Part shown: positions 1 to 10,177 of the stretch, piece by piece
Layout: the number at the start of each line of letters is the position of its first letter
How positions within the stretch are numbered: position 1 is the stretch's first letter
NCBI GenBank assembly: GCA_026989015.1
Contig: JALSKD010000183.1
Span: 8,462 to 72,461, forward strand
Origin: Gammaproteobacteria bacterium
GTDB lineage: Bacteria > Pseudomonadota > Gammaproteobacteria > GCA-001735895
Direction of reading: 5' to 3'
DNA length: 64,000 nucleotides
The notes under the pieces: model-generated
What the model was told of the DNA's origin: nothing
The model's input: the letters and a program-made list of their open reading frames with translations, nothing else
The model's database searches: none
Program-made: the position numbers and the translations under genes

Positions 1-860
1 GGCAGTCCCATCTTCCAGGCATAGTAGCCGCCCAGTGCGTTGCCGAAATTGCCGCTCGGCACATCAAGGTAGACCTTTTCGCCGGGCGCCACCACGCCCT
101 GGCGCAGCAGCTCCAGATAGCTGTGGATGTGGTAGATGATCTGAAACAGGATGCGGCCGAAGTTGACCGAATTGGCGGCCGACAGGGCAATGCCCTGCTC
201 GTCCAGCTTGCGGCGAAAGGCCTCCGAGGCCAGCAGACGCTTGAGCGCGGCCTGCGCATCGTCGAAGTTGCCGTGTATGCCGATCACCTTCAGGTTCGGC
301 GCATCCTCGGTGACCATCTGCAGCCGCTGTACATCGGAGGTGCCGCCGTCCGGGTAGAGGCAGGCGACCCGCACGCCGTCCCGGTTCTTGAAGGTCTCCA
401 GTGCCGCCGGGCCGGTATCGCCACTGGTGGCGGCCAGGATCAGGTATTCCTCCCCGCGCTGCCGGGCCAGGGCGGACAGCACCACGCCGAAGGGCTGCAA
501 TGCCATGTCCTTGAAGGCGCGGGTGGGACCGTGCCACAGCTCACTGACGAAAAGCCCGTCCCCCACCGGCACCACCGGGCAGGGGTTGTCGGGGTCGTCG
601 AAGCGCCGATACAGGGCAAGTGCCTCGTCGATGACCGTCTGTTCGATATCGAGGCCGAAGCGGCGGATCAGATCGCGCGCCAGCTCGGCATAGCCGGACT
701 CCCGGTGCTGTTCGAAGAAGGCGTCGTCGAGTTGCGGCAGCTCGGCCGGGCTGTAGAGGCCTCCGAAGGACGCCATCGGGGTGAGAATGGCGTCGGAGAA
801 GCCGATGCGTTCGGCCCGCTGGCCGTCGTTGCCGCGGGTTTCGATGAAGGTCGTGGACAT
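1..860 (-). CDS. thrC: threonine synthase, N-terminal part (gene continues past the left window edge)
   Basis: Not in the ORF track because it has no in-window stop. My reverse-strand translation from ATG at 860 reads MSTTFIETRGNDGQRAERIGF...SELWHGPTRAFKDMALQPFG...ILAATSGDTGPAALE...SGNFGNALGGYYA. It carries the PLP-lysine AFKD and SGDTG motifs of threonine synthases. Track ORFs 64..537-, 123..1043+ and 541..1071- are other-frame shadows. Confidence 0.85.
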   Translation of the reverse strand, partial: MSTTFIETRGNDGQRAERIGFSDAILTPMASFGGLYSPAELPQLDDAFFEQHRESGYAELARDLIRRFGLDIEQTVIDEALALYRRFDDPDNPCPVVPVGDGLFVSELWHGPTRAFKDMALQPFGVVLSALARQRGEEYLILAATSGDTGPAALETFKNRDGVRVACLYPDGGTSDVQRLQMVTEDAPNLKVIGIHGNFDDAQAALKRLLASEAFRRKLDEQGIALSAANSVNFGRILFQIIYHIHSYLELLRQGVVAPGEKVYLDVPSGNFGNALGGYYAWKMGL

Positions 861-1093
861 GGGGCGTTGCCTGTTCCGGCTGAATACGGGGCCGCGTATT
901 ATAGCGACTCCGGTGGCCGGCTGTCGCCTGGCGACCTGATTGGCCATTGTCGGGGAACGATTCGCGCAAAAACGGTCCAATCGGCAACGAAAACCGCTCG
1001 ATTGGCCGCCGGATCGCTTCTGTTCGTGCCCAAAGGCGAGTAAAATCCCGCGTTTGCATTACCTTGCTCAATCCCGCTCATCCAGAGGTCAAC

Positions 1094-1525
1094 ATGAGTC
1101 TTGAACGAACCCTGTCCATCATCAAACCGGACGCCGTCGCGAAGAATGTCATCGGTGAAATCTACAGCCGCTTCGAGCAGGCTGGCCTGCGCATCGTTGC
1201 CGCGCGCATGATGCAACTCACCCGCGCCCAGGCCGAAGGCTTCTACGCGGTGCACCGCGAGCGCCCCTTTTTCAATGATCTGGTGGACTTCATGACCTCC
1301 GGACCGGTCATGGTGCAGGTGCTCGAAGGGGAGAACGCCATCGCCCGCAACCGCGAAGTGATGGGCGCCACCAATCCGCAGGAAGCCGCGCCGGGCACCA
1401 TCCGTGCCGACTTTGCCGAAAGCATCGATGAGAACGCGGTACACGGCTCGGACGCACCGGAAACCGCAGCCGTCGAGATCGCCTATTTCTTCAGCCAGCT
1501 CGATCTCTGCGAGCGGATCCGCTGA
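1094..1525 (+). CDS. ndk: nucleoside diphosphate kinase
   Basis: In-frame ATG at 1094 inside track ORF 947..1525. Sequence [39 protein letters not shown]...[20 protein letters not shown] is a typical Ndk. Confidence 0.95.
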   Translation: MSLERTLSIIKPDAVAKNVIGEIYSRFEQAGLRIVAARMMQLTRAQAEGFYAVHRERPFFNDLVDFMTSGPVMVQVLEGENAIARNREVMGATNPQEAAPGTIRADFAESIDENAVHGSDAPETAAVEIAYFFSQLDLCERIR

Positions 1526-1542
1526 GCCAGGACAACCGTATC

Positions 1543-2667
1543 GTGAGCGAAACGCGCACCAACCTGTTTGACCTTGACCGCACGGCGATGGAGGCGTTCT
1601 TCGTCGCCATCGGCGAGAAACCCTTCCGTGCCAAGCAGGTGCTGCAGTGGATACACCAGCGCGGGGTCACCGATTTCGACGCCATGACCGATCTTGCCAA
1701 GTCGCTGCGCGCGCGCCTGAAGGAACTGGCCACTGTCGATCTGCCCGAGGTGGCGATCGATCAGCGCTCCCGAGACGGCACCCGCAAATGGCTGCTGCAG
1801 ATGGACGGTGTCGAGAATGCCGTCGAATGCGTGCTGATCCCCGAGGACAAGCGCATGACCCTGTGCATCTCCTCGCAGGTCGGCTGCACCCTCAACTGCT
1901 CCTTTTGCTCCACCGCCAAGCAGGGCTTCAACCGCAACCTTTCCACTGCCGAAATCATCGGTCAGCTGTACCTCGCCCATCATGCGTTGCTGGCCGACGG
2001 TCGCGACGGCGGCATCACCAATGTGGTGATGATGGGCATGGGTGAGCCCCTGCTCAACTACGAAGCGGTGATGCGCGCGCTCAACATCATGTGCGACGAT
2101 TTCGCCTATGGCCTCAGCAAGCGCCGGGTGACCATCAGCACCGCCGGCGTGGTGCCGGCCATCCGCCGGCTGCACGAGGACACCGATGTCAGCTTGGCGG
2201 TCTCGCTGCACGCGCCCACCGACGAACTGCGCAACGAACTGGTGCCGCTCAACCGCAAATACCCGATTGCCGAACTGCTCGATGCCTGCCGCGATTATGT
2301 GCAGGAACACAACCGCCGGCGCATCACCTTCGAATATGTGATGCTCAAGGGCGTCAACGACAGCCTCGATCATGCCCGGCAACTGGTGAAACTGCTGCGC
2401 GGCATACCCAGCAAGCTGAACCTGATCCCGTTCAACCCCTATCCCCATGCGCTGTACGAATGCTCGGACCCGGCGACCATCGATCGCTTCCGGGACCATG
2501 TCGTCAGCAAGGGCATCGTCACCGTCACCCGCAAGACCCGGGGCGACGACATCGACGCCGCCTGTGGCCAGCTGGTGGGCCGGGTCAAGGACCGCAGCCG
2601 GCGCAGCCAGAAGCACCAGATCAGTATCCAGAACCTGACCGGAACGATACACCATGCAACACGCTAG
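1543..2667 (+). CDS. rlmN: 23S rRNA/tRNA m2A radical-SAM methyltransferase RlmN
   Basis: GTG start. Radical-SAM cluster [14 protein letters not shown] and [10 protein letters not shown]. Sits in the conserved ndk-rlmN neighbourhood. Confidence 0.92.
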   Translation: MSETRTNLFDLDRTAMEAFFVAIGEKPFRAKQVLQWIHQRGVTDFDAMTDLAKSLRARLKELATVDLPEVAIDQRSRDGTRKWLLQMDGVENAVECVLIPEDKRMTLCISSQVGCTLNCSFCSTAKQGFNRNLSTAEIIGQLYLAHHALLADGRDGGITNVVMMGMGEPLLNYEAVMRALNIMCDDFAYGLSKRRVTISTAGVVPAIRRLHEDTDVSLAVSLHAPTDELRNELVPLNRKYPIAELLDACRDYVQEHNRRRITFEYVMLKGVNDSLDHARQLVKLLRGIPSKLNLIPFNPYPHALYECSDPATIDRFRDHVVSKGIVTVTRKTRGDDIDAACGQLVGRVKDRSRRSQKHQISIQNLTGTIHHATR

Positions 2668-3409
2668 ACTGCTGTTCCTATTTCTGCCCCTGTTTCTTGC
2701 CGCCTGTGTCACCGTGCAGAACGGACCGACCAAGAACGAGAAAGCGAGCAAGATCAATGTCCAGCTGGGCATCGGTTATTACCAGCAGGGCAACCTGGAA
2801 CAGGCCAGAGCCAAGCTGCTCAAGGCCCTGCGCCAGGATCCTGAAAACTCCCAAGCCCACTTCGCCTATGCCGTGCTGCTCACCCGGTTCACCGAATTCG
2901 ACAAGGCCGAGGAACATTTCCGCAAGGCGGTTGAACTGGATCCACAGAATTCCGAAGCGCTCAACAATTTCGGCGCCTTCCTCTGCAACCAGGGCCGAGT
3001 CGTCGAGGCAGAGAAGATGTTCATGCAGGCGGTGAAGAATCCGGTCTACAAGACCCCCGAAGTGGCCTACACCAATGCAGCGGTGTGTCTGCTGCAGAAA
3101 GGCGAGAACCGCGGCAAGATCGCCCAGGACTATCTGGTCAAGGCGCTGGCCTACCGCAGTACCTACGCACCGGCGCTGATCGAGATGGCCCAGCTGCAGT
3201 TCGACAAGGGGCAATACGAGTTGGCCCGGCTCTATCTCAATCGCCTCCACCTGCAAGGCAAGCCCACGCCGCGCAGCCTGTGGCTGGCGATCCGCACCGA
3301 GATCGCACTGGACAATCCGGAGAAGGCGCGCGAGCTGGGCCGCCTGCTCGAAGAGAGTTTCCCCGATGCGCCCGAAACCCAATCCTGGCGGGATCTGGGC
3401 CTCGACTGA
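2654..3409 (+). CDS. pilW: type IV pilus biogenesis/stability TPR lipoprotein PilW (PilF)
   Basis: Lipobox LFLAAC followed by TPR repeats. Conserved position between rlmN and rodZ. Confidence 0.8.
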   Translation: MQHARLLFLFLPLFLAACVTVQNGPTKNEKASKINVQLGIGYYQQGNLEQARAKLLKALRQDPENSQAHFAYAVLLTRFTEFDKAEEHFRKAVELDPQNSEALNNFGAFLCNQGRVVEAEKMFMQAVKNPVYKTPEVAYTNAAVCLLQKGENRGKIAQDYLVKALAYRSTYAPALIEMAQLQFDKGQYELARLYLNRLHLQGKPTPRSLWLAIRTEIALDNPEKARELGRLLEESFPDAPETQSWRDLGLD

Positions 3410-4449
3410 TGAGTGAAACCGAAACGCCACGCGAAGACAGCGGCCGGGCGCCGACCTCCGGGCCGGGCGAGCGCCTGCAGGCGGCGCGCATCGCGCGTGG
3501 ACTGCCCCTGGAGGAACTGGCGCACCAGATGCACCTGTCGGTCGGCATCCTGCGCAGCCTGGAGGACAACCGTTTCGAAGACATTACCGCGCCGATCTTC
3601 GTCAAGGGCTATTTGCGTTCCTATGCGCGCATCGTCGAGCTCGACGAGCAGGATATTCTGGACCAGTATGTGCGCGAGTACATGGATGGCGATCCGCCGA
3701 TCGGATCCACCGGCAACGCAGTGGCCCAGCGCAGCCGCAGCCGTGGGCGCGGCCGCTGGAAAGGCTTGGTGATCCTGCTGCTGGTTACGCTGCTGCTGGG
3801 TGGATGGTGGTTCATGCGCAGCCAGCAGCCTTCAGAGACCCTGAGCCTGGATGCGGCCAGCGAAGCCGCGAATCCGGAGCCTGCAGCGGAGGCGGCGCCC
3901 GTTCCTCAGCCGGATGATGCACTCGCCGGAGAAGCCGCCCGCCGCCTCGAGGCGCTGACCCCGCTGAGCGAAGCGCCCGCAACGGCGGCGTTGCCGGAAG
4001 CCTCCACGGTACCGGACCGCGAAAGCGCGGCGGACACATCAGGTGCCATGAGCGCGCCCTCTCGGACCGAACAGGCCCCGGAGCAATCGCTTTCGGCCCC
4101 GGACATGGCGGCCACTGACGATGCCGAAAACGCAGGCTCAGGCGCCGCAGTCCAGCCTGCTGCACAGGCAACTGCAGAACCCGTTCCCGAACCGGCGCCG
4201 GCCGACGCCGGCAACAGCCTGCAACTGCGTGTTACCGCCGACACCTGGGCCGACATTCGCGACGCTCGCGGCAACAAGCGCGTCTATGACCTGCTGCGCG
4301 CCGGGCGACAGCTGAAGCTGGATGCCGAGCCGCCGCTCAGGCTGTTCTTCGGCAATGGCCATGGCGTCGAGTTGATCTGGCGCGGCCAGCCGATCGATCT
4401 CGAAAACCGCATTCGCGCCGACAACACCGTACGCATTACCCTGGAGTAG
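3409..4449 (+). CDS. rodZ: cytoskeleton/shape protein RodZ (HTH, TM, Pro/Ala-rich linker, C-terminal DUF4115-like domain)
   Basis: ATG at 3409 overlaps the pilW stop (TGATG), inside track ORF 3085..4449. N-terminal [36 protein letters not shown], one TM segment, and a C-terminal [18 protein letters not shown] block. Confidence 0.85.
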   Translation: MSETETPREDSGRAPTSGPGERLQAARIARGLPLEELAHQMHLSVGILRSLEDNRFEDITAPIFVKGYLRSYARIVELDEQDILDQYVREYMDGDPPIGSTGNAVAQRSRSRGRGRWKGLVILLLVTLLLGGWWFMRSQQPSETLSLDAASEAANPEPAAEAAPVPQPDDALAGEAARRLEALTPLSEAPATAALPEASTVPDRESAADTSGAMSAPSRTEQAPEQSLSAPDMAATDDAENAGSGAAVQPAAQATAEPVPEPAPADAGNSLQLRVTADTWADIRDARGNKRVYDLLRAGRQLKLDAEPPLRLFFGNGHGVELIWRGQPIDLENRIRADNTVRITLE

Positions 4450-4459
4450 AGACAACAAC

Positions 4460-5728
4460 ATGGCCGAACAGATCAAGGTCATCCGCGGCATGCACGACAT
4501 TCTGCCGCAGCACATGCCCGCCTGGAACCGGCTCGAAGACCAGTGGCGCACCCTGGTGGAGGGTTACGGCTACCGTCAGATCCGCACCCCGGTGGTGGAG
4601 AAGACGGCCCTGTTCAAGCGCTCGGTGGGCGAAGCCACCGATATCGTCGAGAAAGAGATGTACAGCTTCGAGGACCGGGGTGGAGACAGCCTGAGCCTGC
4701 GTCCCGAAGGCACCGCCGGCGTGGTACGCGCCGGCATCGAGCATGGGCTGCTGGTCAACCAGCAACAGCGGCTGTGGTACAGCGGCGCCATGTTCCGCTA
4801 TGAACGCCCGCAGCGCGGTCGTTATCGGCAGTTTCACCAGATGGGCGCGGAATGTTTCGGCATGCCGGGCCCGGACATTGAGGCCGAGCTGATCGCGCTG
4901 GCGGCGCGGTTCTGGAAAAATCTGGGTCTCGAGGACATCGAACTTCAGGTCAACACCCTGGGTTCCACCGAATCCCGTGCCGCCTGGCGCGAACAGCTCG
5001 TCGCCTACTTCAGCGACCATCGGGACGCGCTGGACGAAGACAGCCAGCGAAGGCTGCAGAGCAACCCGCTGCGCATCCTCGACAGCAAGAACCCGGACAT
5101 GCAGGCGCTGATCGAAGCCGCGCCCCGGCTGCAGGAGCACCTGGATCCGGCCTCGGCCGATCATTTCCAAGGGCTGCTGGAACTGCTGGACGCCATGGGC
5201 CAATCCTATACCGTCAATCCGCGGCTGGTGCGCGGACTCGACTACTACTGTCATACCGTCTTCGAGTGGGTTACCGGATCGCTCGGAGCGCAGGGTACGG
5301 TCTGTGCCGGAGGACGCTATGACGGGCTGGTCGAACAGCTGGGCGGTCGCCCGACACCGGCCGCCGGCTTTGCCATGGGCATGGAGCGACTGGTGGCGAT
5401 GATGGAAGAACAGTCTCTGGTGGATCAAAAAGCCGATTGCGATGTCTACCTGCTGATGGTGGGCGATGCCGCCCAGCGCCAGGGCCTCCAGCTGTCCGAA
5501 TCGCTGCGCGATGCGCTGCCGGGCCTGCGGCTGATCTGCCACGCGGGCGGTGGCAGCTTCAAGAGCCAGATGAAAAAGGCGGACCGTTCCGGTGCCCGCA
5601 TCGCGTTGATCCTCGGCGAAGACGAGGTGGCGGGGCAAAGCGTTTCGATGAAATTCCTGCGCGAGGATCGGCCGCAGCAGAGCCTGCCGCAGAATGAACT
5701 GAACGAGCGCCTTAAGGCGGTGCTCTGA
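4460..5728 (+). CDS. hisS: histidine--tRNA ligase
   Basis: [16 protein letters not shown]...[12 protein letters not shown]...[16 protein letters not shown]... are class II HisRS motifs. Confidence 0.95.
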   Translation: MAEQIKVIRGMHDILPQHMPAWNRLEDQWRTLVEGYGYRQIRTPVVEKTALFKRSVGEATDIVEKEMYSFEDRGGDSLSLRPEGTAGVVRAGIEHGLLVNQQQRLWYSGAMFRYERPQRGRYRQFHQMGAECFGMPGPDIEAELIALAARFWKNLGLEDIELQVNTLGSTESRAAWREQLVAYFSDHRDALDEDSQRRLQSNPLRILDSKNPDMQALIEAAPRLQEHLDPASADHFQGLLELLDAMGQSYTVNPRLVRGLDYYCHTVFEWVTGSLGAQGTVCAGGRYDGLVEQLGGRPTPAAGFAMGMERLVAMMEEQSLVDQKADCDVYLLMVGDAAQRQGLQLSESLRDALPGLRLICHAGGGSFKSQMKKADRSGARIALILGEDEVAGQSVSMKFLREDRPQQSLPQNELNERLKAVL

Positions 5729-5754
5729 ATCCACGACAACGAGCGAAACACGAC

Positions 5755-6390
5755 ATGAACGATTATTTAACCGATGACGAACAGGTCGAGAAGATCAGGC
5801 AATGGTGGAAGGAGAACGGCAGCTCCGTGATCGCCGGTCTGGTGATTGGCGTTGGCGGCCTGTTCGGCTGGCGCTATTGGGTCGATTACCGCGACAACCA
5901 GGCCGCTCAGGCCTCGGAGCATTTCGAGCGCATGGTACAGGCCATCGAACAGGGTCAGGATGCCCAGGCCATCGATGAAGCCAGGGCCATACTCGACGAG
6001 TATGGCAGCACCGCCTATGCCGCCATGGCGCGTCTGGCGCTGGCCCGTGCGCAGGCTGACCAGGGTCAGTATGAAGAGGCCGCCAGCGCCCTGCAGGCAC
6101 TGATCGATGAGCGACCCGACCGGGCCATCGAGATGCTGGCGCGCAAGCGTCTGGCCGCGGTGCAGTTGCAGCTGCAGCAACTGGATCAGGCGCTGGCCAC
6201 GCTCGGCGTCGAATTTCCTGCGGCCTATGCGGCCGGCTTCGAAGAGCTGCGTGGGGATGTGCTCCTTGCCAAGGGCGATGCCGCAGCGGCCCGTGAAGCC
6301 TATACCCGCGCGCGCCTGGCGCAGCCGCCGAGCGCGGATCCGCGCTTGCTGCAGCAGAAAATCGACGCCCTGGGCAGCGCAGCCGGATGA
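5755..6390 (+). CDS. YfgM-like membrane-anchored TPR protein (UPF0070)
   Basis: N-terminal DDEQVEKIRQWWKENG, one TM segment and a TPR-like tail. Conserved hisS-yfgM-bamB-der order. Confidence 0.75.
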   Translation: MNDYLTDDEQVEKIRQWWKENGSSVIAGLVIGVGGLFGWRYWVDYRDNQAAQASEHFERMVQAIEQGQDAQAIDEARAILDEYGSTAYAAMARLALARAQADQGQYEEAASALQALIDERPDRAIEMLARKRLAAVQLQLQQLDQALATLGVEFPAAYAAGFEELRGDVLLAKGDAAAAREAYTRARLAQPPSADPRLLQQKIDALGSAAG

Positions 6391-7550
6391 CGATGAACCC
6401 GTCGAGACTGCTGGTCGCTCTGGCCACACTGTGGCTGCTGGCCGCCTGTTCCACCGCCGACAACAGCCGACCGCCGGCGGAGCTGAAACCCATAGCGGAT
6501 GCGTTGCCCGTGACCCGTCTGTGGGAGCGCGATACCGGCGAGGGAACACACCAACGCTACCTCAACCGGATGCAGCCTCTGCTGATGGAAGGTCGCCTCT
6601 ACACGGTCGACACGGCCGGTCAGGTGCAGGCCTTCGATCCCATCAGCGGCAAGCGTCTGTGGCGTCAGGACAGCGGCCTGCAGGCTCTGGCCGGTCCGGG
6701 CGGCGATGCCGGCCGGCTGGTGCTGGCCTCCCGCGAAGGCGAGGTGGCCCTGCTGAAGCTGCGCAAGGGCGGCTTCGACGAACAGTGGCGGGTGCAGGTG
6801 GCCAGCGAGATTCGCAGCCCGGCGGTGATCGACGGTGATCAGGTCTTCCTGCGCAGTGTCGACGGCAAGCTGCACGCCCTCGACGCCACCAGCGGCCAGC
6901 GGCTGTGGAGCGCCTCCCGGCGCGTGCCGCCCCTGTCGCTGACCGGTACCAGCGCGCCATTGGTGACGGCTGAGCGGGTCATCAGCGGCTTCGACAATGG
7001 CAAGCTGGTGGCCTACAACCGCAGCGATGGCAGCGTGGACTGGGAGCTGACTGTCAGCGTGCCGCGCGGCCGTTCCGAGATCGAGCGGCTGGTCGATCTC
7101 GATGGCCAGTTTGTGCTGCGCGATGGCGTGATCTATGTCAGCGCCTACCAGGGCGACCTGACCGCGGTCACCGAAGCCGGCGGACAGGTGCTGTGGACAC
7201 GCAAGTTCTCCAGCTATCAGGCCGTCGAAATCGATGACGAGGCGCTGTATCTGGTCGACGACAATAGCCATGTGTGGTCGATCGACCGGCGCAGTGGCAG
7301 CGCTTTCTGGAAGCAGGATGCGCTGGATGCGCGCAAGCTGACCGCCCCCAGAAAAGTCGGCAAATACCTGGTCGTCGGCGATCTCGAAGGCTGGGTTCAC
7401 TGGATCGACACAAGCGATGGCCGCATCGTCGCCCGCAGTCGGCCGGATGTGAAGCGTTACCTGGCGCAGCCACTGGCCTGGGGCGATCAGCAGGCGATTC
7501 TGCTCGACGCCACCGCCCAGCTGTTTGCCCTGCAGCTCGCCGGACAATGA
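6387..7550 (+). CDS. bamB: outer membrane protein assembly factor BamB (PQQ-like beta-propeller lipoprotein)
   Basis: Lipobox WLLAAC and repeated propeller blades. ATGA overlap with the upstream gene. Conserved position before der. Confidence 0.88.
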   Translation: MTMNPSRLLVALATLWLLAACSTADNSRPPAELKPIADALPVTRLWERDTGEGTHQRYLNRMQPLLMEGRLYTVDTAGQVQAFDPISGKRLWRQDSGLQALAGPGGDAGRLVLASREGEVALLKLRKGGFDEQWRVQVASEIRSPAVIDGDQVFLRSVDGKLHALDATSGQRLWSASRRVPPLSLTGTSAPLVTAERVISGFDNGKLVAYNRSDGSVDWELTVSVPRGRSEIERLVDLDGQFVLRDGVIYVSAYQGDLTAVTEAGGQVLWTRKFSSYQAVEIDDEALYLVDDNSHVWSIDRRSGSAFWKQDALDARKLTAPRKVGKYLVVGDLEGWVHWIDTSDGRIVARSRPDVKRYLAQPLAWGDQQAILLDATAQLFALQLAGQ

Positions 7551-8941
7551 TTCCTGTCGTTGCCCTTATCGGCCGACCCAATGTCGGCAAGTCCACGCTG
7601 TTCAATGTGCTCACGCGCTCGCGTGACGCCATTGTCGCCGATGAACCGGGACTTACCCGTGACCGTCAGTACGGCATGGGCAGGATCGGCCCGAAGAAAT
7701 TCATTGTCGTTGACACCGGCGGCCTCAGTGGAGAACAGCAGAGCCTTGACGAGCTGATGGCGAAACAGACGCTATTGGCTCTGGAAGAGGCCGACATCCT
7801 GCTGTTCATGGTGGACGCCCGGGCCGGGCTCACCGCTGGTGACGAAGTCATTGCCGACATGGTGCGGCGTTCCGGCAAGCCGGTCACGGTGGTCGTCAAC
7901 AAAATCGACGGGGTCAGTCCGGAACAGGCGGAAGCGGAATTCTACGCGCTGGGTTTTTCCGATCTGGCGCTGGTGGCGGCCTCCCAACGCAAGGGCGTCA
8001 ACGCCCTGGTGGAACAGGTACTGAGGGATTACCCGCAGCAGGAAGAGACGGCTCAGGAGTCGGAGCAGGGGCCGCAGATCGCCATCATCGGCCGCCCCAA
8101 TGTGGGCAAGTCCACGCTGATCAACCGATTGGTCGGTGAGGAACGGGTGGTGGCCTACGACCAGCCGGGCACCACCCGGGATTCGATTCCGGTACCCTTC
8201 GAGCGCCACGGCAAGCACTACACACTGATCGACACCGCCGGCGTACGGCGTCGTGGCAAGGTGCACGAGACCATCGAGAAGTTCAGCGTCATCAAGACCC
8301 TGGAAGCCATCGACCGCGCCAATGTGGTGGTGCTGGTGGTGGATGCGCGCGACGGCATCACCGACCAGGACCTGACCCTGCTCGGCTATGTGCTCGACGC
8401 CGGCCGTGCGCTGGTGATCGCGGTCAACAAGTGGGACGGGCTGGAAGCGGAACAGCGCGACTACAACAAGCGGGAGCTGCAGCGAAGGCTTTCCTTCGCC
8501 GGTTTTGCCAATGTGCATTTCATCTCGGCGTTGCACGGCACCGGGGTCGGGGATGTGATGAAATCCATCGATCAGGCCTATGCCTCGGCATTCCGCCAGT
8601 TCCCCACCCGGCAGCTCACCGATTTGCTGGAAGAGGCCGTCTTCCGCCACAGCCCGCCCATGCATCACGGGCGGCGCATCAAGCTGCGCTATGCCCACCA
8701 GGGCGGGCGCAATCCGCCGATCATCGTCATCCACGGCAGCCAGACCGAGCACCTCAACAAGGCCTATCAGCGCTATCTGATGAGCTTTTTCATCGACCGC
8801 CTCAAGCTCAAGGGCACGCCGGTGCGCATCGAGTTCAAGAAAGGCGAGAACCCCTATGCCGGCAAGCGCAACACGCTGAACCGGCGTCAGCGCGCGAAGA
8901 AGCAGCGGATGATGAAATTCGTCCGCAACAAACGAAAATGA
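7547..8941 (+). CDS. der: ribosome-associated GTPase Der (EngA), two GTPase domains
   Basis: ATG at 7547 inside track ORF 7274..8941. Two P-loops, GRPNVGKSTLFN and GRPNVGKSTLIN, plus a basic KH-like C-terminus. Confidence 0.95.
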   Translation: MIPVVALIGRPNVGKSTLFNVLTRSRDAIVADEPGLTRDRQYGMGRIGPKKFIVVDTGGLSGEQQSLDELMAKQTLLALEEADILLFMVDARAGLTAGDEVIADMVRRSGKPVTVVVNKIDGVSPEQAEAEFYALGFSDLALVAASQRKGVNALVEQVLRDYPQQEETAQESEQGPQIAIIGRPNVGKSTLINRLVGEERVVAYDQPGTTRDSIPVPFERHGKHYTLIDTAGVRRRGKVHETIEKFSVIKTLEAIDRANVVVLVVDARDGITDQDLTLLGYVLDAGRALVIAVNKWDGLEAEQRDYNKRELQRRLSFAGFANVHFISALHGTGVGDVMKSIDQAYASAFRQFPTRQLTDLLEEAVFRHSPPMHHGRRIKLRYAHQGGRNPPIIVIHGSQTEHLNKAYQRYLMSFFIDRLKLKGTPVRIEFKKGENPYAGKRNTLNRRQRAKKQRMMKFVRNKRK

Positions 8942-8954
8942 AGGCTCCGGCGCA

Positions 8955-9644
8955 TCAGTTCTGGTGCGCCATCATCCCCATGCCGGCGCCACCGAAGATC
9001 TGCATCAGGCCGTAGGCGACCAGCAGTCCACCCAGCAGGTAACGCAACCAGCGCTGTTGAAGCCACAGCCGCAGCTGTTGCGAGAAATGGCCGATCAGCA
9101 TCAGCGTCGGCAGGGTGCCGAGACCAAAGGCGAGCATGGTCAGTGCGGCCGCGGGCGCGGAAGTCTGGGTGACCGCCAGTGCCAGCGCGGAATACACCAG
9201 ACCGCAGGGCAGCCAGCCCCAGATCAGGCCCAGCTTCCAGGCGGCCAGCGGATCGCGGGCGGGCAGGTACTTGCGGCCAAGGGGCTCGATGTGCTTCCAC
9301 AGGTGGCTACCGGCGCGTTCAAGAAAGCCGAGGCTGTTGAATACCTGGCTGATGTAGATGCCCAGCAGGATGAAGAATACGCCGGAGATTTTCATCGATA
9401 CCGCATGAGGGTCCGGCAGCCGGTTCATCAGCTGGCTGGTGAACAGGCCGGCGAGCAGGCCAATCGACGCGTAGGAAGTGATGCGGCCCAGGTTGTAACC
9501 GAGCTGGATGGCGAATGGGGATGCCGGCCGGCGTCCTGAGAAATCGGCATTCAGCGTACTGACGATGCCACCGCACATGCCGATGCAGTGCGTGGAGCCG
9601 ATCAACCCCATCAGCAGCGCCGAGAGCAGGGTGGCAGTGAGCAT
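8955..9644 (-). CDS. TauE/SafE- or DsbD_2-like integral membrane protein at the end of the cco accessory operon
   Basis: Multi-TM protein with the HCIGMCGG motif near the N-terminus. It directly follows the ccoH-like gene on the same strand. Confidence 0.6.
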   Translation of the reverse strand: MLTATLLSALLMGLIGSTHCIGMCGGIVSTLNADFSGRRPASPFAIQLGYNLGRITSYASIGLLAGLFTSQLMNRLPDPHAVSMKISGVFFILLGIYISQVFNSLGFLERAGSHLWKHIEPLGRKYLPARDPLAAWKLGLIWGWLPCGLVYSALALAVTQTSAPAAALTMLAFGLGTLPTLMLIGHFSQQLRLWLQQRWLRYLLGGLLVAYGLMQIFGGAGMGMMAHQN

Positions 9645-9647
9645 GGT

Positions 9648-10175
9648 TCAGCGTGGGCTGAGTTCGATCTCGATCAGTGGCTGGTCGGCGCCGGTGATGA
9701 AGCTCTGCTTGAGCCGCCAGTCCTGCCCGGCCTGCAGTTGCAGGGTCCAGCGGCCTTCACCGATCGGCGGACGCAGGTAGCCGGCAAAGGTCAGCGGATC
9801 CTGTGCAGAACGGCTCAGCGTGGTTTCCTGGTCCCGGCCGGGGATGGTGCGGTGCATCAGACGCAGGGCCAGTTCCGCGTTGTCCGGCAGGGGGCGTTCG
9901 GACGACAGGCGTACCTGGACCTCGCCGCTGCCGGCATCGACACGCACCTGGGCCAACAGACCCAGCTCTCCGGCGCGGCGGTCGCGGTCGATCACCCGGT
10001 TGATCTGCAATCCCTGCTTGTAGTAGTCATCCTCGACCAGCCCATCGCTGGTGGATGCGGCGATGTATACCGTGGTCAGGCCGGCCACCACGGCGACTGC
10101 GGGGAAGAAGATGACCATCCACACCATCGGGTTGCGGTACCAGCGGTCGTCTTTTCCGTTCATCGCTCCGGCCAT
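9648..10175 (-). CDS. ccoH: FixH/CcoH family cbb3 oxidase assembly protein
   Basis: N-terminal RWYRNPMVWMVIFFPAVAVVAGL membrane anchor. Position immediately after ccoG. Confidence 0.8.
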   Translation of the reverse strand: MAGAMNGKDDRWYRNPMVWMVIFFPAVAVVAGLTTVYIAASTSDGLVEDDYYKQGLQINRVIDRDRRAGELGLLAQVRVDAGSGEVQVRLSSERPLPDNAELALRLMHRTIPGRDQETTLSRSAQDPLTFAGYLRPPIGEGRWTLQLQAGQDWRLKQSFITGADQPLIEIELSPR

Positions 10176-10177
10176 GA

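Noticed and set aside
4436-5734. Long antisense or alternative-frame ORFs opposite nearly every real gene. Examples are 4436..5734-, 1483..2772-, 14984..16432-, 19080..20507-, 22865..24445-, 27092..28336-, 39180..40751+, 45321..46490+ and 52295..54031-.
   Set aside because: Their translations are Arg/Ala/Gly/Pro-rich low-complexity strings with no motifs. Each fully overlaps a gene with clear family signatures. This is the expected stop-codon depletion of high-GC DNA, not overlapping genes.
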